A stretch of DNA of 64,000 nt from Azolla caroliniana. Lineage: Eukaryota; Plantae; Polypodiophyta. The stretch covers positions 11,284,001 through 11,348,000 of the forward strand of contig JBHGNT010000018.1 in assembly GCA_043228905.1 (NCBI GenBank). Direction: 5' to 3'. The notes beneath the pieces were generated by a model, which was not told the origin of the DNA, did no database searches, and saw only the letters and a list, made by a program, of their open reading frames with translations. Made by a program: the position numbers and the translations under genes. Position 1 is the stretch's first letter. Every line of letters begins with the position of its first letter. This document shows positions 39,852 through 52,965 of the stretch, one piece after another.

Positions 39852-40134
39852 TATGGCAAGACTCCAACCCATGACCTTATGCTACATGGGTCGAGCTCTT
39901 GAACATTAGACCATACATTGTAATACATAGAATATTATTTTCATTTATATTTTATTATAGAAAATGGATGTATATTCCACATTTCTCTGGAACATTCTAG
40001 AAACTTCAGGAGTATTCCTTAGAACACTATAAAAGGAGGCACGAGGCATTATTTCGAACCAAATCAATTCAATGCCAATCTTAAGCCTCCTAGCTACTAC
40101 TGTACATTCTCTTCACATAATATATATATTTTCT

Positions 40135-40181
<47 letters not shown>

Positions 40182-41794
40182 TCACTCACTCTTTCCTTCT
40201 CTCGAGAGTTCTCCACCTCTCTTAGTACTAATACTTCTTTTAGTACTAATTCCTTCTCTATCTTAGTACTGTTCCTGACAGCTATGGTGGGTATGGGATA
40301 CCAACAGACAAATGCATACCATACAGTGTTTTTTTGACAACACAAGGAGCATACTACATTACTTGTTGTGTATGTGGATGATATAATTATCATGGGTAAC
40401 GACGAAGGGGAAATTGCCCAACTGAAGGTGCAATTGGGTAAAGAGTTTGTGGTGAAGGATCTAGGATTGCTACGATACTTTCTTGGAATTGAGGTAGCTC
40501 GTGGAGCAGGAGTTGTTCTATGTCAACGAAAATATGTATTAGATCTTCTCACAGAAACTGGAATATTGGGTTATAGGCCCATAGCTTCTCCAATCGAGCA
40601 AAAGATCAAGCTAACTGAACTTGTAGGAGAGAAAGTTGATCGTGAAAGGTATCAAAGATTGGTAGGTTAGTTGATTTATTTGACTCACACCCGTCCAGAT
40701 ATTTCATTTGCAGTAAGTGTGGTAAGTCGCTACATGCATGATCCGAGGAAAGATCATATGGATGCAGTGTACCATATTCTGAGATATCTCAAAGGTGCCC
40801 TAGGGAAAGGATTAATCTTTAGAAAACATGGTCATTTTAACATTGAGGGCTATTGTGATTCTGATTGGGCTAGTTGTGTTGCTGATAGGAAATCCACATC
40901 AGGATACTGCATATTTGTTGGAGGCAATCTGGTCTCTTGGAAGAGTAAGAAACAGTCAGTAGTAGCAAGGTCAACAGCCAAAGCAGAGTATAGAGCTATT
41001 GCTATAGGATTTGTAGAGATGTTATGGCTGAGAACTCTCCTAGTAGAACTAAAGGTGAATCAAGAAAATCAGATGATGTTGTGGTGTGACAATAAGTCAG
41101 CAATCAACATTGCCAACAATCCAGTACAACACAATAGGACTAAGCACATAGAAATCGACAGATTCTTTATCAAGGAAAAGCTTGATAATGGAATATTAAA
41201 ATTGATTCATGTTTCTACTCAACATCAAGTAGTAGATTGTCTTACAAAGGGACTTGGGCCAGTAAGTCTCACTAGATTGTGTGACAAGATGGGCTTAGTG
41301 GATATCTTTTGCCCATCTTGAGGGGGAGTGTTGAGAATGTTTAAAAGTTATAACGGCTAGTTATTTCCAACAGCTAGTTAGCCCAACGGCCATATCTTGG
41401 CCTTTATAAAGAGGAACTTTTCCCTCATGTAAAAGTAAGCGATCTTTGTATTTTCTCCCTCCAGTTGTGACATACCAATGTATATTACTGAACAAATGTG
41501 CCTTCTCATTTTTCTTTAACTTTGACAGTATATAAGGTTGTGGGTTTAAATCTCTCAAATGTCACTTAGTATAATACTTGAGTATAATATTTTTATATTG
41601 TGAAATAGTTCCTTCACGACAACATGAAATCACAATACTTTGTTGTTTTCCCCTAGTGTACCTTGTTTAACACGACATCGAGCTAAATGTTAGCTGCATA
41701 TCATCTATTTCTTGAAGGTAGCAGAACATGTGCTTGACGGATTCCTAGTGCTTCTTCCCTAGATTTGACATGTACCATTGGTTGCACCTACAAC

Positions 41795-44600
41795 ATGGTA
41801 CTCTCTACTGACTCCAACGTCCTACTCCAATCCGATTCCTGAAGATGAGACTAGTGAGCCCAAAGAGGTCCAAGTAGAAGATGAAGACATCAGTACTCTA
41901 GATGAGAGTCCAATCTCATTCCAGCTAAGTGGGCCAAATGAAACGACGAGTAGTGGAGAATCTGTTGTGCTCTCCCCGCGCAAGGAACTGAGGAGACGGT
42001 TCATGCGCAAAGAAAAGGGGAAGAAGAAGATGTTAGAATACGATACCGGTAATGAAGAGTCGGATCGGACCGAATCTAACCCCGGAAACGGAGAAGGAGG
42101 ATCTTCAGAAATGAAGCCCGAACCGGCAAGGAAGGGCCTCAAACCGGGTAATGACAGGTTACGCCGGTCAACCCGCCAAAAACACCCTGTCAAAAGGTAT
42201 GAGTATTGGTGCATCACTATGCGTACATGACTAAGGTGGCAGAAGTGTGTGAGCCAAAGAGCTACGCAGAAGCAGCAAAAGACGCAAATTGGCATGTTGC
42301 TATGGAGGAAGAAATACAAGCACTTGATGCCAACGACACATGGGATCTGGTTGACCCTCCCCGACAATGTAAACCGATCGGTTGCAAATGGGTATATAAG
42401 GTGAAGTACAATGCCGACGGTTCGGTCAACTGGTACAAGGCCCGGTTAGTGGCAAAGGGATACACACATACCCACAAAATAGACTACACAAGACCTTCGC
42501 TCCAATAGCGAAGATGACGACGGTTCGTGTGGTATTGGTTGTTGTTGCGGCAAGGAGATGGCATCTTCACCAAATGGACGTGAAGAATGCATTTCTTTAA
42601 GGTTATCTTGAAGATTAGTTCTATATGATCCAACCCCCCGGTTTCCAATCGGAGATGAACAAGTCGGCAGTGTGCCGACTCAAGAAGTCGCTTTACGGTC
42701 TCAAAACAAGCCCCCCGAGCTTAGAATGTGAAGATCACGCATTGGTTGCATAAGATGGGGTTGGTGGCCTCTAAGTCTGACTCTTCACTGTTCATCCGGA
42801 ACGGTTCAGATGGTCCGGTTTGCATTTTGCTTTATGTAGATGATTTAGTCATCACCGGACCCGGACTCGATGCAATCGGCCGAGTGAAGTTCCAGTTGCC
42901 GAACACATTTGAAATGAAGGACTTGGGGGACCTTCATTATTTTCTTGGGATCGAGGTGATCTGAACCCCCGATGGCATATTGCTCTCACATAGACACTAT
43001 GTGTTGAATATATTGTACAACTTTGGCATGACGGAATGTCGACTGATCTCTACACCCCTCGACCGAAACCTGAAGCTACGTCCCGACTCCGACCCGGCCT
43101 GCGATGAGAAACGGTTCCGACAAATTGTCAGAAGCCTGATATACTTGACAATCACTCGACCTGACATCAGTTACCTGGTCGGAGTGATCAGATAGTTCAT
43201 GCAGAAGCCGATCATCGAGCACCTTTAGTGTGCACACCGGATACTCCGGTAAGTTAGCGGCACGAAGGACCAGGGACTGTTATACCAACACGGTATAGCT
43301 AGGAAGCTAGTCGGATATACCGATGCCGACTGGGTTGGTGATGCAACGGCTCACCGATACACCTCCGGTTACATGTTTTCTCTTGGTAGCGCGGATGTTG
43401 CATGGAGCAGCAAAAAGCAGCCAACAGTGGCTCTACCGAGCACTGAGGCTGAGTATCGGGGCGCTACCATTGCCACCTGTGAAGCCATCTGGCTTCGGTG
43501 ACTACTTCGTCACCTCCGGATTGAGGTGCCGACCCTGATCCTGATTTATTGTGACAACGTAAGCAGCATACAACTCGCCAAGAACCCTAGATTCCATGCT
43601 TGAACAAAGCACATAAAAGTGCATTATCACTTTGTTCATGAGTGGGTCCTGAGCGGTGAAGTTGAACTCCGATATGTTCACACGGATAGGCAGGTTGCCG
43701 ACATCTTCACCAAGCCACTCAGATCAGTTCAGTTGCAACATTTTTCGGAGATGCTCGGCATTCAGCATCTCGATGTGCCGCACTTGAGGCGAAGAACGGG
43801 AACGGGAACGGATGGCACTAGACAAGGAGCCGGAGACGAAGAAAGAACCAAGGGGGGAGATGAGCAGATAAAGGAAGTCGAGCCGACCGAAGGATTTGGC
43901 ACATCTGAACAAGTCGGAGCAAACGACAGCGGCGGCAGAGTCAAGAAGGACAAAGCCGATCGAAAGAAGGCCAAGAAGCAGACGTGGTGTGATGTGATGA
44001 AGGGCCTAAAAATGAAAAACGAATCAGAGGCAACCGATTCGGAAAAGTGCTGGAACGAATCAGAGGAAGCCGATTCGGTTCAAGATTCGAAGAAGCCAAA
44101 TCAACTAAAGGCCAAGCAGACGAGAAGCATGCGAAAGTCGACACCGACACGAAGGAACTGATGGGTCGATAAACGCAGCAGTCATAGCAGCGAAGGAGCT
44201 GAGATGGACCTGTTGAACAAACTAACTAACCAAGGAGGTCGAGTTGTGCAGTACCGGACGGGTCGTGGGAAGTGGAACCGGACCGGACGAGGAGCGCGAG
44301 CAAGGTGGGAGGACGTCAGAAGGAGTCGGAGGAAAGGACCGGTTACTACAGACACTGACATCATGATCTGACTTGAAGTTGAGCTTGAGGGGGAGTGTTG
44401 AGCGAGCAAGCTCAACCGGATCTAGATTGACTAAAAAAGCCAGAGCCGGATCGATATCCTGAACGGAGAATCAGATTGGTGGCCGGATGATATCCGAAAC
44501 TAGGAGTCGTATCGGAGAGCCGGCTCAGATTGAAACCGGTAGGCCGTTAGAGGTCTACGGATCCAGCGTAGTACATAGGCATATTTTTTGGGAATCAGTG
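41795..44600 (+). mobile_element. Degenerate Ty1/copia (RT-RH, tail, PPT, partial 3' LTR from 44396)
   Basis: [20 protein letters not shown] 44385-44395; same family as 52966-58959. Confidence 0.88.
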
Positions 44601-45809
44601 ACAGGGTTCTTGGCGAGTTGTATGCTGCTTATGTTGTCGTTGTAGATCAGGATCAGGGTCGGCACCTCGATCTTGAAGTCTCACAGCAGTCACCGAAGCC
44701 AGATGGCTTCACATGTGGCAATGGTAGCACCCCGGTATTTAGCCTCAATGCTGGACAGAGCCACTGTTGGCTTCTTTTTGCTGCTCCACGCAACAGTTGC
44801 GCTACCAAGAGAGAACATATAACCGGAGGTGGATCGGCGATATGATGCATCACCGGCCCATTCAGCATCCATATATCCGACTAGCTTCCTAGCTATACTG
44901 TGTCAGTATAACAATCCCCGGTCTTTCGTGCCGCTCACATATCGCAATAGTCGATACGTGCATTGAAGGTGCTCCATGGGCGGCTTCTGCATAAACTGGT
45001 TGATCACCCCAACCGGATAACTGATGTTGGATCGGTTGATTGTCAAGTAGATAAGGCTTCCAACAATTTTTCGGATCCATTTCTCATTGCAGGGCAATCG
45101 GGAGTCGAGATGTAGCTTCAGGTTCCAGTCCAGGGGTACAACACTCTGCTCGCTCCTTGTTCCCATGGTGGGAAGTCCTTGTGTGCCGGCTCCGGCACTA
45201 CATTGTTCGTTCCTTCCACATAGCTCCAATAACCATTCCCCAATAGGTATTGGTGCATTTTATATGACCATGATGCATAGTTGCTCCGGTCGAGCTTTTC
45301 TATGGGAAGCGAACTTGCCATACCTTTGTTTTTCTTGGTTCTCTTCTGTTCTTCTACATGTGTTAGGGTTTGTCTTCGAAAGCATATGTCGGCTGCAAAG
45401 GAGTCTCAAACCTCTCGCTCTGATACCATGTTAAAGTTAATATGCAAAAGCGTATGACAAACCGGCTCAGCCGGATACGAACAGAACATAGAGAAGAAGG
45501 TTTAATGGAGACCTTACACAGAGAATACACTGGAGACAGAGAGAGAACAAAACATAAACTCAATTCAAAAATAATAATCCTATGTACGTGAATGTGCTTA
45601 GAGAGCGAGCACTTTTATACAAGTCCATAAACGACTGACAGAAGTACTGACAGGTACTTCAATGCTCATACAAGCGACTGACACTAACTCCCAAAAATAT
45701 GCCTAGTACCAATCCAATCCGGTTGCTGGTTCCGGATATCATCCGGACACTGATCTGGTTCTCCGTTCCGGATACCGATCCGGATCCAGTTGAGCTTGCT
45801 CGCTCAACA
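44601..45809 (-). mobile_element. Deleted Ty1/copia (5' LTR 45429-45809, PBS 45417-45428, gag start fused to RT/RH)
   Basis: TGGTATCAGAGC PBS, MASSLPIEKLDRSNYASW gag start, RRSTSGYMF. Confidence 0.85.
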
Positions 45810-46545
45810 AGATTGAAAGAAAGAAGAATAATTAGAAAGATACATCAGAAAAGTCACGTGATGTGGAAAATAACAAAGGAAAAGAGAGGGAGAAGCCAAT
45901 TACAACCTCTAGAGTCATCACTGAGGAGACTCATTACACAAGGCACATTTTTTGTTGTACAAGATTTTTTCATGAAGACTTGGATCCGTTATCGCAAATG
46001 CATGGTTTATTGTACAAGATTTTTTCATGAAGACTTGGATCATTCACTTTGGTTGTTATGTACACATAACGTTGGTGAGGGTAGGTCACTAATATTTACA
46101 TTAGTGAAGGGTATGTTCAATAATGTTAAAAAGGGGCTAATGTGATTGGATAGAAGGAATGATAATTGCATGCACTATCATGACTTGGGCAACCAATGAA
46201 TGGAGACCCTTTTAGAAAGGTACATCTATTCAAGGGATCTAGGAAAAGATATAAACATGAGGATTACCTACCCTCATAAGGACATTACGTCAAAAGGTTG
46301 TTGTCTTAGACACCAGTGGTATGGGCTAGGCTTTCGACTCGACGATCATGTTTATCTCTTCCAAGGTATTAGTCATCCTAATATCCGGCGGTATGGGACG
46401 TCGGTGGTAGGTTGGCTATGTCTAGATAATAGCTTGGGGTGGTCGGGTGGAACGGGTTCTTCTATCCAATCTATTTTCCTTCTTTTACTTTACTTTGTTC
46501 TATTGATTAGTAATAGACTCTTAACATTGGTGCTCCTGTCATTGC

Positions 46546-48238
46546 TGTAAAAGAATAGCGTGTGTGTGCAAGCGTAATAGACACAACTGTGTAACATAGA
46601 TGACGAAGAGAAGGTTTAATAGAAAGCTTTGAACACGACACAACATATGTAGAAGAGACCGAGATTGAGAGAGAGTGTGAGTAGAACACACAAAGCTTAG
46701 ATTCAAAAATAACTCTCTGTCACTCTATACAAGATGCGCTCAATCGACGCTTTTTATACATGTCTTTATGGATAGACAGAAGTATTGTTAGAGTCCTAAC
46801 ACATACTTCAATGCTCATTAATGAGCCTCCTACACTAACTCCCAAAATTATTCCTTACGAGGAATAACGCTCTAACGACCTCTCGGCTTACGCACCGTTA
46901 CAACCTTTATGCATATGGTTTTATGCACCCAATGTTGAGCTTGTATCTCAACACTCCCCCCCAAGCTCAACTTGAGGTTCCCCCTGCTCTTCCGGATCTT
47001 CGCTCCGGCTTCTCCTAGCTTCACTCCTCGCACGCGCTCCTCAACCCATTCGATTCCGCGCGCCTTGACCCTTCCGATCGGCTTGTCTGTACGTGTGGCC
47101 CTTCTCAGCTCCCTTGTTGTCGCGGTGTTGGCGCTTCTTTCACTGCCCTTTCCTCCGCTTGGTCCTCAGTTGATTCGGCATGTCCGAATCGAACATTTCG
47201 ATTGAATCAGTCACTGCTGATTCATTTCCGCTTACATCCAAATTGGTTATCTCCAATTCGTTTAGTCTTTAGGCCTTTGACAATGTCAGACCATGTCTTG
47301 GTCTTGGCCTTATCTCCCCCGTTTTTGGCTATCTTCGGCTCTTTCATACGGTTACGACCCCTGTACTCATTTTCGGCTTCTTTAGCCGACCCGAAATCGA
47401 ATTCTTCATCCGACTCGGCATTGCGGTGATCAGTTCCTTTCAAGCTCATGCTCCTTTCAAGCTCACACTCCTGTTACTGTCTCCTCCTCAAGTTCGGCGT
47501 GTCGAGGTGGCGCAACCCAAGTGCATCCGAGAATTGCCACAACTTGTCAAGACCAAGTGGTTTGGTGAATACATCGGCAATCTACTGACCTGTCGAAACA
47601 TACGGTTGTTCGACTTCACCGGAGAGGAGGACATGCTCACGGAAAAAATGGTAATGCACCTCAATATGCTTGGTCCGAGTGTGAAATATGAGGTTTTTCG
47701 CAAGTTGGATGTTGTTTAGGTTGTCGCAATAGATCATCGTCGGAGCGAACACCTCCACATGCAAATCTCGTAATAGCCGTTTTAGCCAAAGGACTTCACA
47801 TGTAGCGACAGCCGCCCCTCGATATTTTACCTCCGTGCTCGACAATGCAATTGTCGGCTGCTTTTAGCCTTTTGCAACTAATTGAGCCTTGTAGCGGTTG
47901 TCGCCAACGATCGTAGATTCACAGCCGGATACGCATTCTCAATGGGAAGTGCGACGATCGCGTGGAGCAGCCTTTCAGCACTAATTGGGCCTTGTAGCGG
48001 TTGACAGAGCCGTCGGTGTTGTACTTGACCTTATACACCCATCTGCATCCGATCGGTTTCACACCCTTCGGTGCGTCAACCAGGTCCCAAGTTTCGTTGT
48101 CCGATAACGCACGCATGTCTTCCACCATCGCGGCACGCCACTTTGCATCTTCTGCTGCTTTCGTAGCTCTCCGGCTCACACACTTCCGCCACTCGCGTCA
48201 TGTATGCATAATGGTATGCCATGTTCATAAATGTCGAC
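46546..48238 (-). mobile_element. Degenerate Ty1/copia, 3' part (3' LTR 46546-46953)
   Basis: TG..CA LTR, PPT 46954-46962, RH HTRTKHIEVHYHF, RT start. Confidence 0.82.
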
Positions 48239-48606
48239 TGTTATGCGGAAGTGTGTGTTCGGATCTTATGGCTGTGAACAACAAACAACATACACACAGA
48301 AGATAGAGAAGGCAAATATAGATTTGCACAGATGGAGTTTTAATGGAAAGCTTCTTATTACTTCGTTCTTTCTCAAAGATACAATAGTCTGCTCGTCATT
48401 CTTCATTACAATGTTAGGTAGTCACTTATATACTAAGCCCTAACTTATTAACGAGTTCACATTAGGACGGATACAATTTGGAAGGAGTCGGCCTTTTATG
48501 CCAACAAACTCCCCCGTAAAAGGACTACTCTTTCTTGCATGTACAAGTGCTTGGGGTTATCTCCCCCGTACACCTAGATTACAAATTTAACTAGATCTTA
48601 TGTTAC

Positions 48607-51167
48607 TGTAAACAATCAAGAGATGGATTCCTGTGAAGCGGAAGAGATGTGAGTTGTGTGTGTGTGTAAGAGAGAGAGAGAGAGTGAGTGAAACACAGAG
48701 AATACGCAAGGTAAAAGTATATTGACAAAGGAGAAAGACTGAACGTTATACAAGGTGGGAGGAGGGTGCTTTATGTAGTCACCCTCTCTCTTCATTAACT
48801 ACAAGCCTCATGGAGCATGGGGAATGAGAAAGCTCATAAGTTATGTATCATAGAATATGATTCTATGACTCATACTAAATGCTAGAATACAAAGTGGTGA
48901 CATAATGGTGACTCTTGACCGTTGGAGTGTCTCTTCACTCTCAAGGTGAGTTCACACACTAGACCAAGTTGAGCTTGATTCTCAACACGCCCCCTCAAGC
49001 TCAAGTCGGGTCGGTTTCAGACGGTATCCGAAATCCGTTTCAATTCACGTTCGGGAGTTCGTGTCGACTCGCGTCAACTCGCTTTATGCGGAGCTGCGGA
49101 ATCCGTGCTCCAGCTTGTGTTGTGCGTAGTTACAAAGTCTGTGCTTCGGCTTGCGTCTTTCTTCGCGGCTTTGCGCGGTAGATCGAAGGCATCGTACATG
49201 TCGGCCCGTGGCTTTCTCGACTTCATTCTTGAAATTTTGGAAGTGTCCGAACACTTCGCTCTTCTGCCGCATCGGGTAGATCCAAGTGTGCCTAGAAAAG
49301 TCGTCGATGAAGAGCACGTAATATCGGCATCCGCCGAATGTCGCCGTTTGAGCCGGACCCCATACATCGGAATGAATTACGTCGAGTACGCCTTTGCTCA
49401 CATTCCCCTCCTTCGGAAATGGGTGTTAGTGTTGCTTGCCGAATTGGCACGCTTCGCATAAACCTTCAATCTCCTTCTCTTTGAATGTCGGGAGTCCGAT
49501 GATGACTCCTTTTGATTTCATAGCCGGGTCGGTCCGGCTCTCGAAGTTCTCGAAACCATTCTTGATGCGATGTCATATGGTTCGAGGCACCGGAATCGAC
49601 GAACCATACGTCTTCCAGACTGGAGGCACTAGTTGAGGTAGCGGCCGACATAGAGTTTGCTCTATGTTTCATCATGAACATTCGGCCACGGTCGGAGTTG
49701 TACGCATACATTCCACCACGATCTTCATAGTCGGAGTTGTGTGCGTAATTCGTGAGTTGTCAGCTTGTGGAAGTCGATTCACGCATCTTCTTTCGGCACT
49801 CTTCTTCGTGGTGGCCGAGCTTTCCACAATATCCGCATTCGGTTGCGTTTTGACGGCTCGGGCCGGAGTGGAAGCTCCCCCTTCTTGCGAAGGTTCCTCG
49901 TTGGCCTCTGTTTTGCGGTCGAAATTGGGAGTTGTTGTCGTAGGTCGGACCTCGTCCGCCTTGTCTTTGGCCGAATCGGCCTCTCGCTCGTCCGCGACCT
50001 CTTCCTCCATTAGAGTGTGTGTAGAGCATGTGGCCTTACGACTCATTGCTCCTTGTACGCACATGGTTTTCTTCGACCAATAGCATTGATTGGAGCTCGA
50101 AGAAGGAGGGAGATTTCTCTCGTGCTAGAACGGTGGTTCGCATCGCGCCGAACCGTGGTGCGAGGCCGCCGAGGCATATTTGCACCATCTCATCATCATC
50201 TATACTTACGCTTATTGAGCCGAGCGAGTCGCAAAGCTCCTTGATCTTCTAGGTGTATGTCGTGATGGAAATGTCCCTTTGTTGAATGTTGTTCAACTCT
50301 TGGCGGAGTTGAAGCTTCCTCACGGTCGTGTTGGCGGCGAAAATCTTTCGTAGATTTTCCCACGCTTCCTTCGGCGTCTTGGATTCTCGAATGTAACCGA
50401 GCATGTGGTCGTGAACACATGTCGCCAAACAATACATCACGCGGCTTGCGGCTTGCTCCCATGTCGCGTATCCGGGAGCCGCTTCGGCGGGTCGGTCTTC
50501 ATGCGCTCCTTTGATGTAGCTCCAATAGCCTTGTCCGACAAGGTATTCGTGCATCTTGTACTCCCAAGATGTGAAGGTGTTTCGATCCAACTTCTCAGTA
50601 GGGAGAGTGCTCCCCATTTGAGTATTCATTATGTCGATTCTTCTTCTTCTTCTTCTCTCTTAGAATGTGAGCTATGTAGTGAAGCTACAATAGCGATGAG
50701 CCGGTTCTTGGTCGTCGGCGTGGAGCACAACACACGATCACGATGAGGCGAATGGGCTAGATCGAGCTACCAAATCGCTCTGATACCATGTAAAGAATCA
50801 AGAGATGGATTCTTGTGAAGTGGAAGAGATGTGAGTTGTGTGTGTGTGTGTAAGAGAGAGAGAGAGAGTGAAACACAGAGAATACGCAAGGTAAAAGTAT
50901 ATTGACAAAGGAGAAAGACTGAACGTTATACAAGGTGGGAGGAGGGTGCTTTATGTAGTCACCCTCTCTCTTCATTAACTACAAGCCTCATGGAGCAGGG
51001 GGAATGAGAAAGCTCATAAGTTATGTGTCATAGAATATGATTCTATGACTCATACTAAATGCTAGAATACAAAGTGGTGACATAATGGTGACTCTTGACC
51101 GTTGGAGTGTCTCTTCACTCTCAAGGTGAGTTCACACACTAGACCAAGTTGAGCTTAATTCTCAACA
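48607..51167 (-). mobile_element. Internally deleted Ty1/copia (gag, PR, partial INT; no RT/RH)
   Basis: LTRs 48607-48987 and 50789-51167, TSD GTTAC, PBS 50777-50788, PPT at 48988. Confidence 0.93.
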
Positions 51168-52965
51168 GTTACAAGTCTGTCGGCAAGTAGCCGAGTCGGC
51201 AGAGGTATAGTATGAGTGACGGCCAGCTCTTACCTTCTACTCCTCGTTCGGCTTTCTTCTGCTCGGTCTCTTGTCATAGCCCCATCTTCTTCCTTAGCAT
51301 TTCGAAGTGTTGATCTGGGAGTGGTTTCATCAAGCAATCGGCGATGTTTACCTCGGTGTCGATCTTCCAGACTTCGAGTTTCTTCTCAATCACGAGCTCC
51401 CGGATATGATGATACCGCACCTCAATGTGCTTCGTCTTCACATGGTAGACGGGATTGTTGATGAGGTGTATTGCGCTCCGTGAGTCGCAATATATAGTCA
51501 GTGTTGGTCAGTCTATTCGGTTTGCAGTTCCGAAGTCGGCAGTTAGTCGGTGCAGCTAGATCGCTTCCTTCGTTGATTCCGATTGCGGCTATATACTCAG
51601 CTTCTGTGGTAGACAGAGCCGTGCACTCTTGAAGTTTCGACCTCCATGATATCGCACCGCCACCATAGGTGAAGATGTAGCTTGATGTTGATTTCCGATT
51701 GTCCGTGTTTCCGGCATAGTCGGAGTTGGTGTAGCCTTCGATTTCGGCTGAGATTGTCAATCCGAAAGTCAGTTGTGCATCCGTGGTTCCTTTTAGATAC
51801 CTAAGGATGTGCTTGACGGCCTCCCAGTGCTTCTTTCCTGGGTTTGACATGTACCGATTGACCACTCCTACGGCATAGGCTAGGTCAAGCCGGGTCGCTA
51901 CCATTGCGTACATGATACTTCCTACTGCCGATGCATAGGGTATCTTTCCATTAAGCTCTCTCTCCTTGTCCGTTGTAGGAGAATCTCTATTTGATAGTTT
52001 GATCGACATCAAAAGCGGTGTCGGTGTTGGCTTCGCGTTCTCCATGTTGAAGCGCTTTAGCACCTTGCGGATGTATTCAGACTGGGAGAGTCAGAGAGTT
52101 TTGGTCGTCCAATTTCGCTCTATCCTCATGCCCAGTATGTGTCAGGCTTGTTCGAGTTACTTCATCGCGAACTTTCCGTGAAGGCTCCGCTTCAGCTTAC
52201 CGATCTCTACTTGATTGCTCCCTGCAATCAACATGTCGTCAACGTATAGGATCAGATAGATTCTTGACTCGTCAGCCAGTTGCCGAACTACATGCATGGG
52301 TCGGAGTCTGATCTGTTGTATCCAAGTTGTCGTATGTAGGAGTCAAATTTCTGGTACCACATTCTCGACGCTTGTTTTAGGCAATATAGACCTTTCTTTA
52401 GTTGACATACGAGGTGACTGTCCTCCCCCGTCGCCGCGAAGCTTGCCGGTTGAGACATGTATATGTCTTCTTCCAGATCTCCGTGTAGGAATGTCGTCTT
52501 TACGTCCATCTGTTCGAGCTCTAGATCTTCTATCGCCATGACTCCTAGTAGGAGTCGGAGGGTGGTCATCTTGACTACTGGTGAGAATATCTCGTCGTAG
52601 TCGACCCTGTATTCCTGTTTGAATCCTTTCGCGACAAGCCAAGCTTTGTACTTGGGTTTCTCTTAGTCGGATACATACTTGTATCGGAACACCCATTTGC
52701 AAGGTAGCGGCTTTTTTCCTGCTGGTAGTTCGACCAGGTCCCATGTCTGATTCTGATGAATCGAGTCCATTTCGGATTTCATGGCTTGCAATCATGTTTC
52801 GGCGTCCAGTGCGGCCATAGCTTCGTCATACGTGCTTGGTTCGCCTACATCCGTGTAGTTGACATAGTCGAGGCCCGGTTGATAAAACTCTGTTGGCCTT
52901 CGAGCTCGTCAAGATCTCCTGGGTGCCGTAATATCTGGTTCGGTTCCGATTCACAATCGGCATTT

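Larger units (their letters stand above)
29978..40280 (+). mobile_element. Tcn1-like chromovirus Ty3/gypsy with both LTRs
   Basis: LTRs 29978-30398 and 39844-40280, TSD GCTAT, PPT AAAGGGGGGA at 39831-39840, RT YLDD, INT, chromodomain EYEVAAILDSK..YLVDWLGY..TWEP. Confidence 0.96.
28858..41527 (+). mobile_element. 5'-truncated Ale-like Ty1/copia, host of the chromovirus
   Basis: LPPGKKAVGCKWVF RT start, VYVDDI, CDSDWAS, PPT 41319-41328, 3' LTR from 41329 (end approximate). Confidence 0.85.

Noticed and set aside
40139-40180. CT/GA microsatellites as independent features
   Set aside because: They are ordinary components of LTR R/U5 regions.
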